Notes under the pieces: model-generated
Told to the model about the DNA's origin: nothing
Databases searched by the model: none
What the model saw: the letters and a program-made list of their open reading frames with translations, nothing else
Program-made: the position numbers and the translations under genes
NCBI GenBank assembly: GCA_965215015.1
Contig: OZ244042.1
Location: 3,456,001 to 3,520,000 of the forward strand
Length of the DNA: 64,000 nucleotides
Direction: 5' to 3'
Source of the DNA: Candidatus Poribacteria bacterium
Lineage (GTDB): Bacteria > Poribacteria > WGA-4E > PCPOR2b
Shown: positions 1 to 8,019 of the stretch, in pieces
How the letters are laid out: the number at the start of each line of letters is the position of its first letter
Numbering within the stretch: position 1 is the stretch's first letter

Positions 1-248
1 AGTAGGTCGAGCACACCGCTCAATCCGAGGGACTCGGCATGTAGTGAGATGTGGAATTTACGGCTGCCAGCCTCAAGCCCATAGCGGGCGAGGGTTCGAC
101 GCCGCTCTAGGACACTCAACACCTCGTGTTGGACTGCGCCGATTTGCATCGGATGCGTTGTTGGACGTGTCACAGGGGTGTAGTAGGTGTGGTAGACCAC
201 TCGTGGGCAGTAGAAGTATTGTTTGATGTCGCTGACGCGTATGTTCAT
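1..248 (-). CDS. cas4: CRISPR-associated Cas4, N-terminal part (runs off window edge)
   Basis: Not in ORF track. Manual translation from ATG at 248 (AAGGAG RBS): MNIRVSDIKQYFYCPRVVYHTYY...LGLSGVLDL, with the Cas4 S-D-I-K-Q-Y-x-Y-C-P-R and L-x-G-x-x-D motifs; directly after cas2. Confidence 0.9.
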   Translation of the reverse strand, partial: MNIRVSDIKQYFYCPRVVYHTYYTPVTRPTTHPMQIGAVQHEVLSVLERRRTLARYGLEAGSRKFHISLHAESLGLSGVLDL

Positions 249-300
249 TTTTGGCTCCTTATAATAAAAACAAGGTGCAGAGGACGAAGAGAGACTGCAC

Positions 301-326
301 GCGCAATGAATTGCGCTACTACGAAC
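301..326. repeat. GTAG-type REP element (representative of several dispersed intergenic repeat families)
   Basis: GCGCAATGAATTGCGCTACTAC recurs at ~33450 and ~53383. Other families: TGTCGCCCCGCTGGGGCT (~10488, 19999, 28338, 53111), CTTACGCAGTTGAAC (~24399, 30078, 33063, 53305), TGTCTGAATCAGGATT (~633, 2046, 11864, 44678). Confidence 0.75.
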
Positions 327-374
327 TGGGATTATAATAAATACAATCTGTTGTACGTGTTCTTAGCATGAGTG

Positions 375-626
375 TCATTCTCCAGTCTCCTCAATAACGG
401 TTCGTTTGTCGAAGTCTTTCGCGCAGACGCTGAGGACTTCGATCTTCCCTTCCGCTTTGCCGAGTTGTTCGGTCAGTTTTTCCTCTAACGCCCGCCTGCG
501 TGTGGTATTGATGTCGCCGAGGAATGCGCTATATTGGATGCGTTTTAAGCCGTAATCGAGGCAGACATCGGCGATTTTTTTGCGGATGCGGTCTTTAACA
601 ATGTCGTAGATGACGTAGGTGTGCAT
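375..626 (-). CDS. cas2: CRISPR-associated endonuclease Cas2
   Basis: YVIYDI...RKKIADVCLDYGLKRIQYSAF motif, 83 aa, between cas1 and cas4. Confidence 0.95.
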   Translation of the reverse strand: MHTYVIYDIVKDRIRKKIADVCLDYGLKRIQYSAFLGDINTTRRRALEEKLTEQLGKAEGKIEVLSVCAKDFDKRTVIEETGE

Positions 627-786
627 AATTATTGTCTAAATCGCGGATTAAGCGGAGGACACGGATTGGGAAACGAATCCCGCGATGCGCTTAGATGGCA
701 ATTTGGGTTAATAGTGTAGAAGGGGTTAGAAACCGAGTTTTGCAGAGACGGGTGGGGAAACCCCGCCCCGATGGTTTCTAGGTTGT

Positions 787-1896
787 TTACCATGTGGAGG
801 TGAAGGGGTGATAATCCCGTTCGCGGCGTAGGCACATCGCTAGATGACGGGCTTGGATTTGGATAATGTTGCACAGTTTTTGTTCCTTTCGCTCGAATCG
901 CTCGGTCTCTTGAAGCCTCGCTAGGACGCGGTCGGCAAGGGCGCGTCGGGTCCCTTGGCTGAGGCGGCGTTGTGTTGGGGTTTCGTCCTCGGTATCGGGT
1001 TTTGAGGATTGGTGCGCGGCTTTGGCGGCGTCCCTGTCGGGATCTTCCCACTCCACTTTGAATCGCTTGTTGATCATCACAAACACCACTCGATCCACGA
1101 TCGGTTGGCGGAACTCTTCGATAAAGTCGAGCACTAATGAGGGTTTACCGGGGCGGTCAACGTGTAGGAATCCGGCGAACGGTTCAAGCCCAGCCAATGT
1201 GAGTGCGCTCCAGACCTGTGAGTAGAGTATGCCGTAGCCGTAGTTGAGCAGTGCGTTGACGTCATCGACCACGCCTTGATGGTTTCGGGTGGTGAAGCGT
1301 CCGGCGGGCAGCAGCCGTTGGACGCATTCCCAGTAGAGTGCGCCGGCGCGTCCTTCAAGGTTGAGTAGTGTCCCCCGTGCGCTGTCAATCGGCGGTTCAT
1401 CGGCTGCCGCAACGGTTGGGGATTGGACAGACCGAATCTCGTCAATAAGTCCTTCGATCTTGGTCAGCCGTTCGATCAATTCGACGTATTTTTTGGGTGC
1501 CCGTTTCTTGCGGTATTTGCCGAAGTAGCGGACGAGGTTGATTTGGTTCTTCAGTTTGCCTGCGGTGAATTGTTTGGCGATTTCTAAGCCGCGCTCGTCG
1601 TGGTAGGCGGCGAGCTGCTCACGTCGGGAAATCACGGTCGCTGTCAGCGATGGGCTGTTGAGTTTCGCATAGGGTTTGCCGTTGAAACTGAGGAATGAGA
1701 TTTCGATGCCGCGCTCGGTGCACGCTTCAATAAGGTCTGAGGACATGCTGACGCCGCGTGAGGCGATGACGATCTGGTCGAGGTCCATCAGAGGGTGCTC
1801 CTCTTTTTCGCGGTCTTTGTCTCGGTATCGGACGCTGACGCGTTCGGAGCGTTTGCCGAGGTATGTGCCGTAGTCGGAGATGATGAGTTGTTCCAC
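787..1896 (-). CDS. cas1: CRISPR-associated endonuclease Cas1
   Basis: LEGRAGALYW, NALLNYGYGILY, GFLH and SLVLDFIEEFRQPIVDR catalytic motifs. Confidence 0.97.
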   Translation of the reverse strand: MEQLIISDYGTYLGKRSERVSVRYRDKDREKEEHPLMDLDQIVIASRGVSMSSDLIEACTERGIEISFLSFNGKPYAKLNSPSLTATVISRREQLAAYHDERGLEIAKQFTAGKLKNQINLVRYFGKYRKKRAPKKYVELIERLTKIEGLIDEIRSVQSPTVAAADEPPIDSARGTLLNLEGRAGALYWECVQRLLPAGRFTTRNHQGVVDDVNALLNYGYGILYSQVWSALTLAGLEPFAGFLHVDRPGKPSLVLDFIEEFRQPIVDRVVFVMINKRFKVEWEDPDRDAAKAAHQSSKPDTEDETPTQRRLSQGTRRALADRVLARLQETERFERKEQKLCNIIQIQARHLAMCLRRERDYHPFTSTW

Positions 1897-2030
1897 TGTG
1901 CTGCTTCCTTTCGATTTACGTCGATCTTGAATTTCGGGTATACTTTAATCAGGAACGTAGATTTGCGTTCCCTATGCCAGTTGTCAGCAATTATGGGAGA
2001 TTGGCTGAGGTGGTTCTCGTTAATTGAGGG

Positions 2031-2345
2031 GTGTGCATAATAATTGTCTGAATCAGGATTTTCTGGATTGAAGGATTAATAGGATTATGGGACTCAAGTT
2101 GACACCGAAGGGACAAGAAAGGTCTGCCGAGAAGTGTGCATAATAATTGTCTGAATCAGGATTTTCTGGATTGAAGGATTAACAGGATTATGGGACTCAA
2201 GTTGACACCGAAGGGACAAGAAAGGTCTGCTGAGAAGCGTGCATAATAATTGTCTGAATCAGGATTTTCTGGATTGAAGGATTAATAGGATTATGGGACT
2301 CAAGTTGACACCGAAGGGACAAGAAAGGCCGGCCGAGCAGCGTGC
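2031..2345. repeat. Three tandem near-identical 103-bp repeats upstream of cas1
   Basis: Units start at 2031, 2134 and 2237 (GYGTGCATAATAATTGTCTGAATCAGGATT...GGACAAGAAAGGYC), with a few bases of a fourth at 2340. Confidence 0.95.
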
Positions 2346-2407
2346 GTCATTTACTGCCCAAGGCTGACAACTTCTCAGAAGCATAACGCATCTGATTGCT
2401 ATTTCGG

Positions 2408-2575
2408 TCAACAGCGGAAAACTTTGGCTTGCCCCTCGAAGGGGGCTTGGAGGCGATGCCTTATTATACGCTCCACAAGAATATTGTTGAGACTGACGTG
2501 GAGGCGGGGAAGCGTATTCTCGTGGAGAAATTCGGTGAGGTCGCGGAGTTCTGTAACCGTAATTGAAAGCTCCAT
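2408..2575 (-). CDS. Small or truncated hypothetical protein (55 aa) coupled to the NDT gene
   Basis: ATG overlaps the NDT stop (TGATG); MELSITVTELRDLTEFLHENTLPRL...; may be a 5' gene fragment. Confidence 0.4.
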   Translation of the reverse strand: MELSITVTELRDLTEFLHENTLPRLHVSLNNILVERIIRHRLQAPFEGQAKVFRC

Positions 2576-3108
2576 CACCCGCCTCCTTCTAACTCGATAT
2601 CAGTATGGAACGCGCGGCTACTCGCGTTCCATACATCTTTTTTGCCCCCGGCGTCTCTAGCCCATTGATAGATAGAACTATGCGCCTTTTCGATGCTATC
2701 TAACGACGTTAGCAGCCAGTAAGCCCAATTCTGTCTGGGGAGCGCAGCAGCTAACATGAGGTTGATAGGATATTCGCTTCTCTCACCAGAATCGCGGAGG
2801 TCGTCATGAAAGATAAATACTTCTTTTTCGAGTATAGCCGCAGCGCCTAGTTCAAACATCACGCCCGGGTCAGGTGGTATCCCGTTGACGACAGCAAAAA
2901 TCCCGTCGGCTTCTTTGATGTCGAGAACGTTCTTCATGGCAAGTTCGTAAGCCCACTCCTCGGACTTGCCGATGATATGATTGTTCCGTTGAAACGGTTC
3001 CCAAACTTCAAGCCCTATCGCTTCAAGACGCTTGACGAATTCGGGGAGTACGAGTTGCCGTTCGACCGTTGAGAAGCCAAAGTCGTTGGCTAAATAGATG
3101 GTCTTCAT
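2575..3108 (-). CDS. Nucleoside 2-deoxyribosyltransferase (NDT)-family protein
   Basis: IYLA N-terminus, EVWEPF, ADGIFAVVNG-PPDPGVMFELG (catalytic Glu position) and YPINLML. Confidence 0.85.
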   Translation of the reverse strand: MKTIYLANDFGFSTVERQLVLPEFVKRLEAIGLEVWEPFQRNNHIIGKSEEWAYELAMKNVLDIKEADGIFAVVNGIPPDPGVMFELGAAAILEKEVFIFHDDLRDSGERSEYPINLMLAAALPRQNWAYWLLTSLDSIEKAHSSIYQWARDAGGKKDVWNASSRAFHTDIELEGGG

Positions 3109-3122
3109 TCAAACCTCCGCGG

Positions 3123-3548
3123 TCAACCTGAAAGCACGATGATTATGGATTCTGCTTGGAATGTCTCGAGTAAGAATCTCTCACTATCGAGAATTAACAG
3201 CGCTCCTTCCGTTACTGAGACTAAAACTACAGGGAGAACAGTCGAATCCATAAGAAAGTAAACTTTGCCCGCCCGGTAATAAAAAGCCCGGAAGTTTTCA
3301 ACCGTAATACGATCGTCGTCTATGCGAATTACTCCATTATCATCGTAGTCAGCAGCAGTGAGAGGATGTTCGATTACGATCACACTATCTGTCGAGCCAT
3401 CGAGCCCCTGCTCCCCTTTCGGACCCGGCAGCCCCTGTGGGCCCATTGACCCCATTGGCCCTGTAAGCCCTTGCGGCCCCGTGGGCCCCGGCGGCCCCTC
3501 GCATCCGATGGAAATAACTAATAGTAAAACACACAACATCTCTTTCAT
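3123..3548 (-). CDS. Collagen-like lipoprotein, copy 1 (12 Gly-X-Y triplets)
   Basis: Hydrophobic signal with SIG-C lipobox, then GPP GPT GPQ..., then a ~90-aa globular domain (IEHPLT...[14 protein letters not shown]). Confidence 0.85.
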   Translation of the reverse strand: MKEMLCVLLLVISIGCEGPPGPTGPQGLTGPMGSMGPQGLPGPKGEQGLDGSTDSVIVIEHPLTAADYDDNGVIRIDDDRITVENFRAFYYRAGKVYFLMDSTVLPVVLVSVTEGALLILDSERFLLETFQAESIIIVLSG

Positions 3549-3654
3549 TGCTTTATCCTTTCATGGTGCGCCCGAACAGGCACTTAAACAAGTTTTAATT
3601 GAATTGCCTATGTAAATAAATCCATTGATTGCTCTAATCAAAAGCGTTCTACGC

Positions 3655-3720
3655 GGTTGCATGATGCTTGATTTCCCGGCGTTATTAGCACCTGCGAGGA
3701 GCGTTAAAGAGCGGATTGTG
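3655..3720 (-). pseudogene. Fragment of AAA/ABC-type ATPase N-terminus (Walker A)
   Basis: IRSLTLLAGANNAGKSSIMQP inside ORF 3561-3749; no remainder of the gene is present. Confidence 0.6.
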
Positions 3721-4103
3721 TAAAAGTACCGCCGATAGCATCTCCTCAACCTGACTGAACCCGAACTGACTCGCCAATTCGGGAACTACTTCCTCGGCTA
3801 ACTCTCGATTTACATCAGAGAGGAAGGCTCGCCTTCCCATCACGTATTCCTGCCATTCGTCAAGTTCTTTACCAACATCATGTGCGAGAACGCTGGTTAA
3901 GAGCACTTGCTCCTCGGACTCCGTCAGTGGGGGTGAGAAAGTATGCTGAAGCAGCGGTAACAATGTGATTAAAGCGTCAATTTCGATAAGTGTATGGTCA
4001 AAATAAGCTTTGCTCAAAATTTCTTCGCTTTGCGATTTTTTTTCTTCCAATCGCGATTGAGCATGAATTCAACAGCCTCTCTTCTGAATGCTTGATAATC
4101 CAT
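3685..4103 (-). pseudogene. Truncated, frameshifted Cas3''/Cas10d-type HD-domain gene
   Basis: ATG 4103 with GGAGG RBS. Removing one base from the A8 run (4036-4043) and one from the T4 run (~4000) gives MDYQAFRR...KKKIAKRRNFEQSLFDHTL...LAHDVGKELDEWQEYV. Confidence 0.7.
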
Positions 4104-4145
4104 ATTTCAACGCCTCCATGGAAACAAATTCTTGAATTGATTATA

Positions 4146-4179
4146 ATTATAACCCCTATTCCCGTCAGAACACGTCGGT
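4146..4179 (-). promoter_or_regulatory. Putative WYL operator/promoter, copy 2
   Basis: Minus strand ACCGACGTGTTCTGACGG-N10-TATAAT; same motif and spacing as 14513-14546. Confidence 0.7.
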
Positions 4180-4417
4180 GATCGGAAAATTCTGCAATTT
4201 TTCGGGCGCGTGTCATATTTTTTTACGTCTTATCTGCCGCGACAGCAATGTTCGCAAGGGGCAATAGCGAACCCGCTAGCTGCAGAGTTGCCTGTTGTCA
4301 ACCCAATCTACGTTCTTAATCAGTGGTGTTAGCAGCGGTGGGGCACTAATCGAATGTCAACCCCGCCGCTGACTGGGTTGGACTTGGCAGTCTAGCTCAA
4401 CCAAAGTCAAAAACAGT

Positions 4418-5128
4418 TTAATTTTCGCCGGTAGTAGATGGGGTAACCAATCGTTCATAATCGCTAAAACTACGACTCGATCTGTGCAATCGGTAGGGAA
4501 GCATGGCAAGGAAGGTATGCCGTTCCTTGCCAACACGGATCTTCTTCCCACTGTAGATATCAGCTTGATCGAAACTCATTTTAGCGTTGCAATCATCTAA
4601 GTGTTGTAACTGACTTTCGATGTGCCATGTCTCTGCTTGTTCAACTAGAGATATGAAGTCAGAAGGTAGTGCTTCAACTGATTGGATCGGCGGAAGAAAC
4701 TGGAAGAACCCACCACGTTTCCCAAAGTAAGTAATATTAAGCAGTAGCCGCTGCAACTGTTCTTCCTGTGAATCATCGTGAATTTCAAAGCCCAACCTCA
4801 TTTTGCCAACGAAATGGACATATTCGCGGTAGCCGATGGTTCTCTCGAATCCCTCCTTATCGCTAGAATGAGGCGGCTTGAGGATACGAGTAAATACGTT
4901 GTTGACCAAAGCGCGTTCTGGCAAATGCACTGCTAACGACAAAGTGCGAATCCATTCCCACGCTTGTTTGCCGTAGTTGATTCCTTCTGTACGGAGAGCT
5001 GCATCCAACAAGCCCATCTTTATCGCATAGGGGGTTGGTGTCAACAACGTTTTACCGCCTGACGATGTGGCATTGCTCGGCTTGAGTGAAAAGAAGGTCG
5101 TGGGTTGATAAGTTGCTAAGACCCACAT
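4418..5128 (-). CDS. cas5: Type I-A-like Cas5
   Basis: N-terminal FFSLK...TLLTPTPYAIKMGL, YREYV and YFGKRGGF Gly loop; follows cas7. Confidence 0.85.
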   Translation of the reverse strand: MWVLATYQPTTFFSLKPSNATSSGGKTLLTPTPYAIKMGLLDAALRTEGINYGKQAWEWIRTLSLAVHLPERALVNNVFTRILKPPHSSDKEGFERTIGYREYVHFVGKMRLGFEIHDDSQEEQLQRLLLNITYFGKRGGFFQFLPPIQSVEALPSDFISLVEQAETWHIESQLQHLDDCNAKMSFDQADIYSGKKIRVGKERHTFLAMLPYRLHRSSRSFSDYERLVTPSTTGEN

Positions 5129-5129
5129 T

Positions 5130-6140
5130 TTAAGTGCCTCCGTTATAGTTAATTTTGTAAGGTGCAGTTGTGTTAGCTAGGTTTGCCATAACTTCAGCAT
5201 ACTCGCCTAATGAATCAAATTTGCAGAGTTTAATCGCGCTTGTCTCGATCTGATTGAGTGCGTCTGCGACACGTCTGATTTCGTCCTTGTACTTGTCATT
5301 AAGTGGACTAACTGTAGGTGCGGGCAAAATCTTTGTGCTGAGACTAACAATTCCGTCGAAGTTCACAAGATGAGGGTGCTGAGCACTTCGCATTGCGCCG
5401 TTTGGCTCAACAAAAGTACACAGTAGGCTTTCAATCAGTGTTTTGTATCGTTGATTGCGCTCACTGTCATCAATCGCGTATTTCTGGTTGATATCGTTGA
5501 AACCAAGCCGTGAAACTTCAATGCCTGCTACAACTGCGTAAACCCCTGAATTGGCTGGACGGTGGAAGATATTCTGACCGAGATTGGCACCACTTTCATC
5601 TGTATTATCACCATTATCTGCATTCTGCTGTCCACGATCAGGTACATATTTGACATGAAAGTAGTTGTCGGTCTTAGTCAGCTCTGGTATGCCCACCACC
5701 CAACCGAACTCTACAATTGACTTGCGGGGTGTGGCCTTCTTCTTGGATCGATTTGTAACAAGGATGCCTTCAATGTCATCCATTGCACACATTTCCAACA
5801 TCGTTGTAATCATTTTGTCATCCGGTGTGCTCTGTTCGTAGCTGCTGTCAAAGGTTGAATCGTCGAGAATGCGATTTGCGCTGAACCTTTGGCAACCTGA
5901 ACATAGCTTCAGTCCACTATTTCTGCTCAAGTGGAACAGATGTTCGGCTTGAATGTGTTTGAACATATCACCTGAAATTGCGTTCACGGCAGCGAGTTTA
6001 CCCGCTTGATCATAGATGTTAACCATTCGGGTTGCGATTTGATTTCCTTCACTGCCTTCGTTATTGAGGGAGTGCATATCAATTGTGGCTCTGCCGCAGA
6101 TGGTGAGGGAGTAAAGGGCTTTGCTATCACTCATTGTCAT
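5130..6140 (-). CDS. cas7: Cas7 (DevR/Csa2 family)
   Basis: HSLNNEGSEGN, AISGDMFKH, C-x-x-C and RKSIVEFGW motifs typical of DevR/Csa2-type Cas7. Confidence 0.9.
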   Translation of the reverse strand: MTMSDSKALYSLTICGRATIDMHSLNNEGSEGNQIATRMVNIYDQAGKLAAVNAISGDMFKHIQAEHLFHLSRNSGLKLCSGCQRFSANRILDDSTFDSSYEQSTPDDKMITTMLEMCAMDDIEGILVTNRSKKKATPRKSIVEFGWVVGIPELTKTDNYFHVKYVPDRGQQNADNGDNTDESGANLGQNIFHRPANSGVYAVVAGIEVSRLGFNDINQKYAIDDSERNQRYKTLIESLLCTFVEPNGAMRSAQHPHLVNFDGIVSLSTKILPAPTVSPLNDKYKDEIRRVADALNQIETSAIKLCKFDSLGEYAEVMANLANTTAPYKINYNGGT

Positions 6141-6200
6141 TCTCCTTTTCGGTATGAGGGGGTGTGGCGATATTGCTTGTTGGTCTATCTTGTCGAAAGA

Positions 6201-6641
6201 TTAAGAAGGAATATCTCCTGAACTTGTGTCAGTGGTTGTGGTAGTATCAGTTGTTGATACATCATCTCTGCTAGTAGAAGCGTATCCGAACGCCAATAGT
6301 AGATGACAAATTGTTTGAGGACCATGTTCATCAATTAATTGAACAATTTCGGTAATGTCGTCTTCACGGACACTTTTCCGCCAGTGTTGGGCTGAGTTTT
6401 CGGCTACGCTGGCATTTTCGGCGTTGAAAGAGTGAAGAAAATTACCTAACGCCTGAATGAACTCGTCCGGGTAGTTTGCCTTGCGTCGTAATTCTTGACC
6501 AAGTCCATATCGGATGTCATACGGAGGTCTTCCACTTTTTGCCATATATTGCAGCGTCACAGTACTTTGACGGATGGATCTGGCGATGTTTTGAAAGCCT
6601 TCGCTTTTAATAATTGGCGTAAGTTCTTTCTGCTTGCTCAT
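6201..6641 (-). CDS. Putative internally translated small subunit (Cas11-like), in frame within cas8
   Basis: GAGGAG-7nt-ATG inside cas8 (RBS 6649-6654, ATG 6641); 146 aa starting MSKQKELTPIIKSEGFQNIARSIR. Confidence 0.65.
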   Translation of the reverse strand: MSKQKELTPIIKSEGFQNIARSIRQSTVTLQYMAKSGRPPYDIRYGLGQELRRKANYPDEFIQALGNFLHSFNAENASVAENSAQHWRKSVREDDITEIVQLIDEHGPQTICHLLLAFGYASTSRDDVSTTDTTTTTDTSSGDIPS

Positions 6642-8006
6642 CAGTAGACTCCTCAAATTGGTTGCGCTCAACGGCTTAACCCAGAAGTTTTCCTTCACTA
6701 AGGCGTTGAGCAGATAGTTTGGATATTGTGATGTGAATTCAAAGAACGCTGTAAAATCGTTTGCGGAAAGAAAATTTCGATAGTGCTGGAGTAGTTGGTA
6801 ACCCTCACTCCGTTCCTCCTCTAAACTTTTTACGATGTTGAGGTGTTCCTCTATCACCCCCTGGTACACTTGCACATCATTTCTATCTTTAATGTTCATC
6901 CAGCTGGGTAGATTGATAAAGGAAAGGTTCATTACGGCGGCCGAGTTGCCGAGATCCTTATAAAATGCGGTGTGTAAGCCCGCTACAAAGTTTTCAGGGG
7001 CACGCCCCTGCAACTCCACAGCTAAGGAAGCACTTGCTTCTGCTTCACAGTGTCGTAGAAAGCACTTTGTGTAGCTGAGTGCAGCAAAGATGTCCGATTT
7101 AATTGCGTGTCGGTTCCCTACCACATCCCTGAATCTTGCGAAAATTGTGTTGTGCTCATCCAATGTGATATTGACCGGGGCTAGTGCAAAGGTCTTCCGA
7201 TCCTTCGGGGGCTCGCCCTGTTTTACTAACACGAAGCGGGGTACTGCACAATGGTAGAAACCAACCATCTTCAGATATTCGCATAGCCAGAAGCTGTTTA
7301 CATTCTTCATTGACAAGCTGCTTGCTTTGGTGGCGTTCTGTCCTTTGCCTGTGCTTGGGTTGAACACTTGGAGCATATTCAAGCGATCTTTACCGATAAA
7401 CTGTTTCTCTTTTTTGAGTTTTTTCCATGCTTGCTCACAGGTCGCAACTGGGTTTGGAATTTTAGCATGGAGTGCCAGCAACAGCTTGAGTAACTCCGCG
7501 AAGTGCTCACGGGTTTCATACCAATTGGTGACGGCTGAATTGTAAGCACTAATCCCTGACATCATGTTGATTTTCTGCCAAATGCGATAATTGGGGTCTG
7601 GTTCACTTTCTCTCAAAACTGTAAGTGCTTCGCTGTCGTCGGCATTCTGCTTTAGTGTATCACCTAGAGTCCTGCGTAATTCGTTGTAGTCATCGTAACG
7701 CTCTTTTTCTCCGTTGTAATCTATGTTGTAAATATCCTCCGGCATTGTTTCACTGTTCTTTGGTGTTTTAATAAAAGGGATAGGGGCAAAGGAGCTTTTT
7801 AAATTCTCAACCCATTCTGCTTGTAACGCAGGAATGAGTTCAATCGCATAGGTTGTCCCCCTATCCAAAATCTTGATAGTATGGGACTCATATTCGCCGA
7901 GGGTACGTTGCAAAAGTTGGTGTAAGATAGTTGCTAATCCATAAGCGGAACAGACATCAGCAAATGTGCCTGTTTGTTTGTCAACGAAATAGGTCTGTTG
8001 GTACAT
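6201..8006 (-). CDS. cas8: Large Cascade subunit Cas8a-like
   Basis: 601 aa between cas3 and cas7; NPSTGKGQN motif; helical C-terminal domain. Confidence 0.75.
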   Translation of the reverse strand: MYQQTYFVDKQTGTFADVCSAYGLATILHQLLQRTLGEYESHTIKILDRGTTYAIELIPALQAEWVENLKSSFAPIPFIKTPKNSETMPEDIYNIDYNGEKERYDDYNELRRTLGDTLKQNADDSEALTVLRESEPDPNYRIWQKINMMSGISAYNSAVTNWYETREHFAELLKLLLALHAKIPNPVATCEQAWKKLKKEKQFIGKDRLNMLQVFNPSTGKGQNATKASSLSMKNVNSFWLCEYLKMVGFYHCAVPRFVLVKQGEPPKDRKTFALAPVNITLDEHNTIFARFRDVVGNRHAIKSDIFAALSYTKCFLRHCEAEASASLAVELQGRAPENFVAGLHTAFYKDLGNSAAVMNLSFINLPSWMNIKDRNDVQVYQGVIEEHLNIVKSLEEERSEGYQLLQHYRNFLSANDFTAFFEFTSQYPNYLLNALVKENFWVKPLSATNLRSLLMSKQKELTPIIKSEGFQNIARSIRQSTVTLQYMAKSGRPPYDIRYGLGQELRRKANYPDEFIQALGNFLHSFNAENASVAENSAQHWRKSVREDDITEIVQLIDEHGPQTICHLLLAFGYASTSRDDVSTTDTTTTTDTSSGDIPS

Positions 8007-8019
8007 CAGTTCTCACTCC

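Noticed and set aside
1-374. Possible CRISPR array at the window start
   Set aside because: No repeat-spacer periodicity; 1-248 is the 5' part of cas4 on the minus strand. Any array lies outside the window.
1951-1975. Shared GGAAYGTAGATTTNCGTTC motif upstream of cas1 and WYL (~15610) as an operator
   Set aside because: It resembles GTAG-type REP sequences also seen at ~30224 and ~53215, and the palindrome centres differ between copies.
2031-2345. 103-bp repeats as a CRISPR array
   Set aside because: Whole units are near-identical with no unique spacers, and the period is too long.
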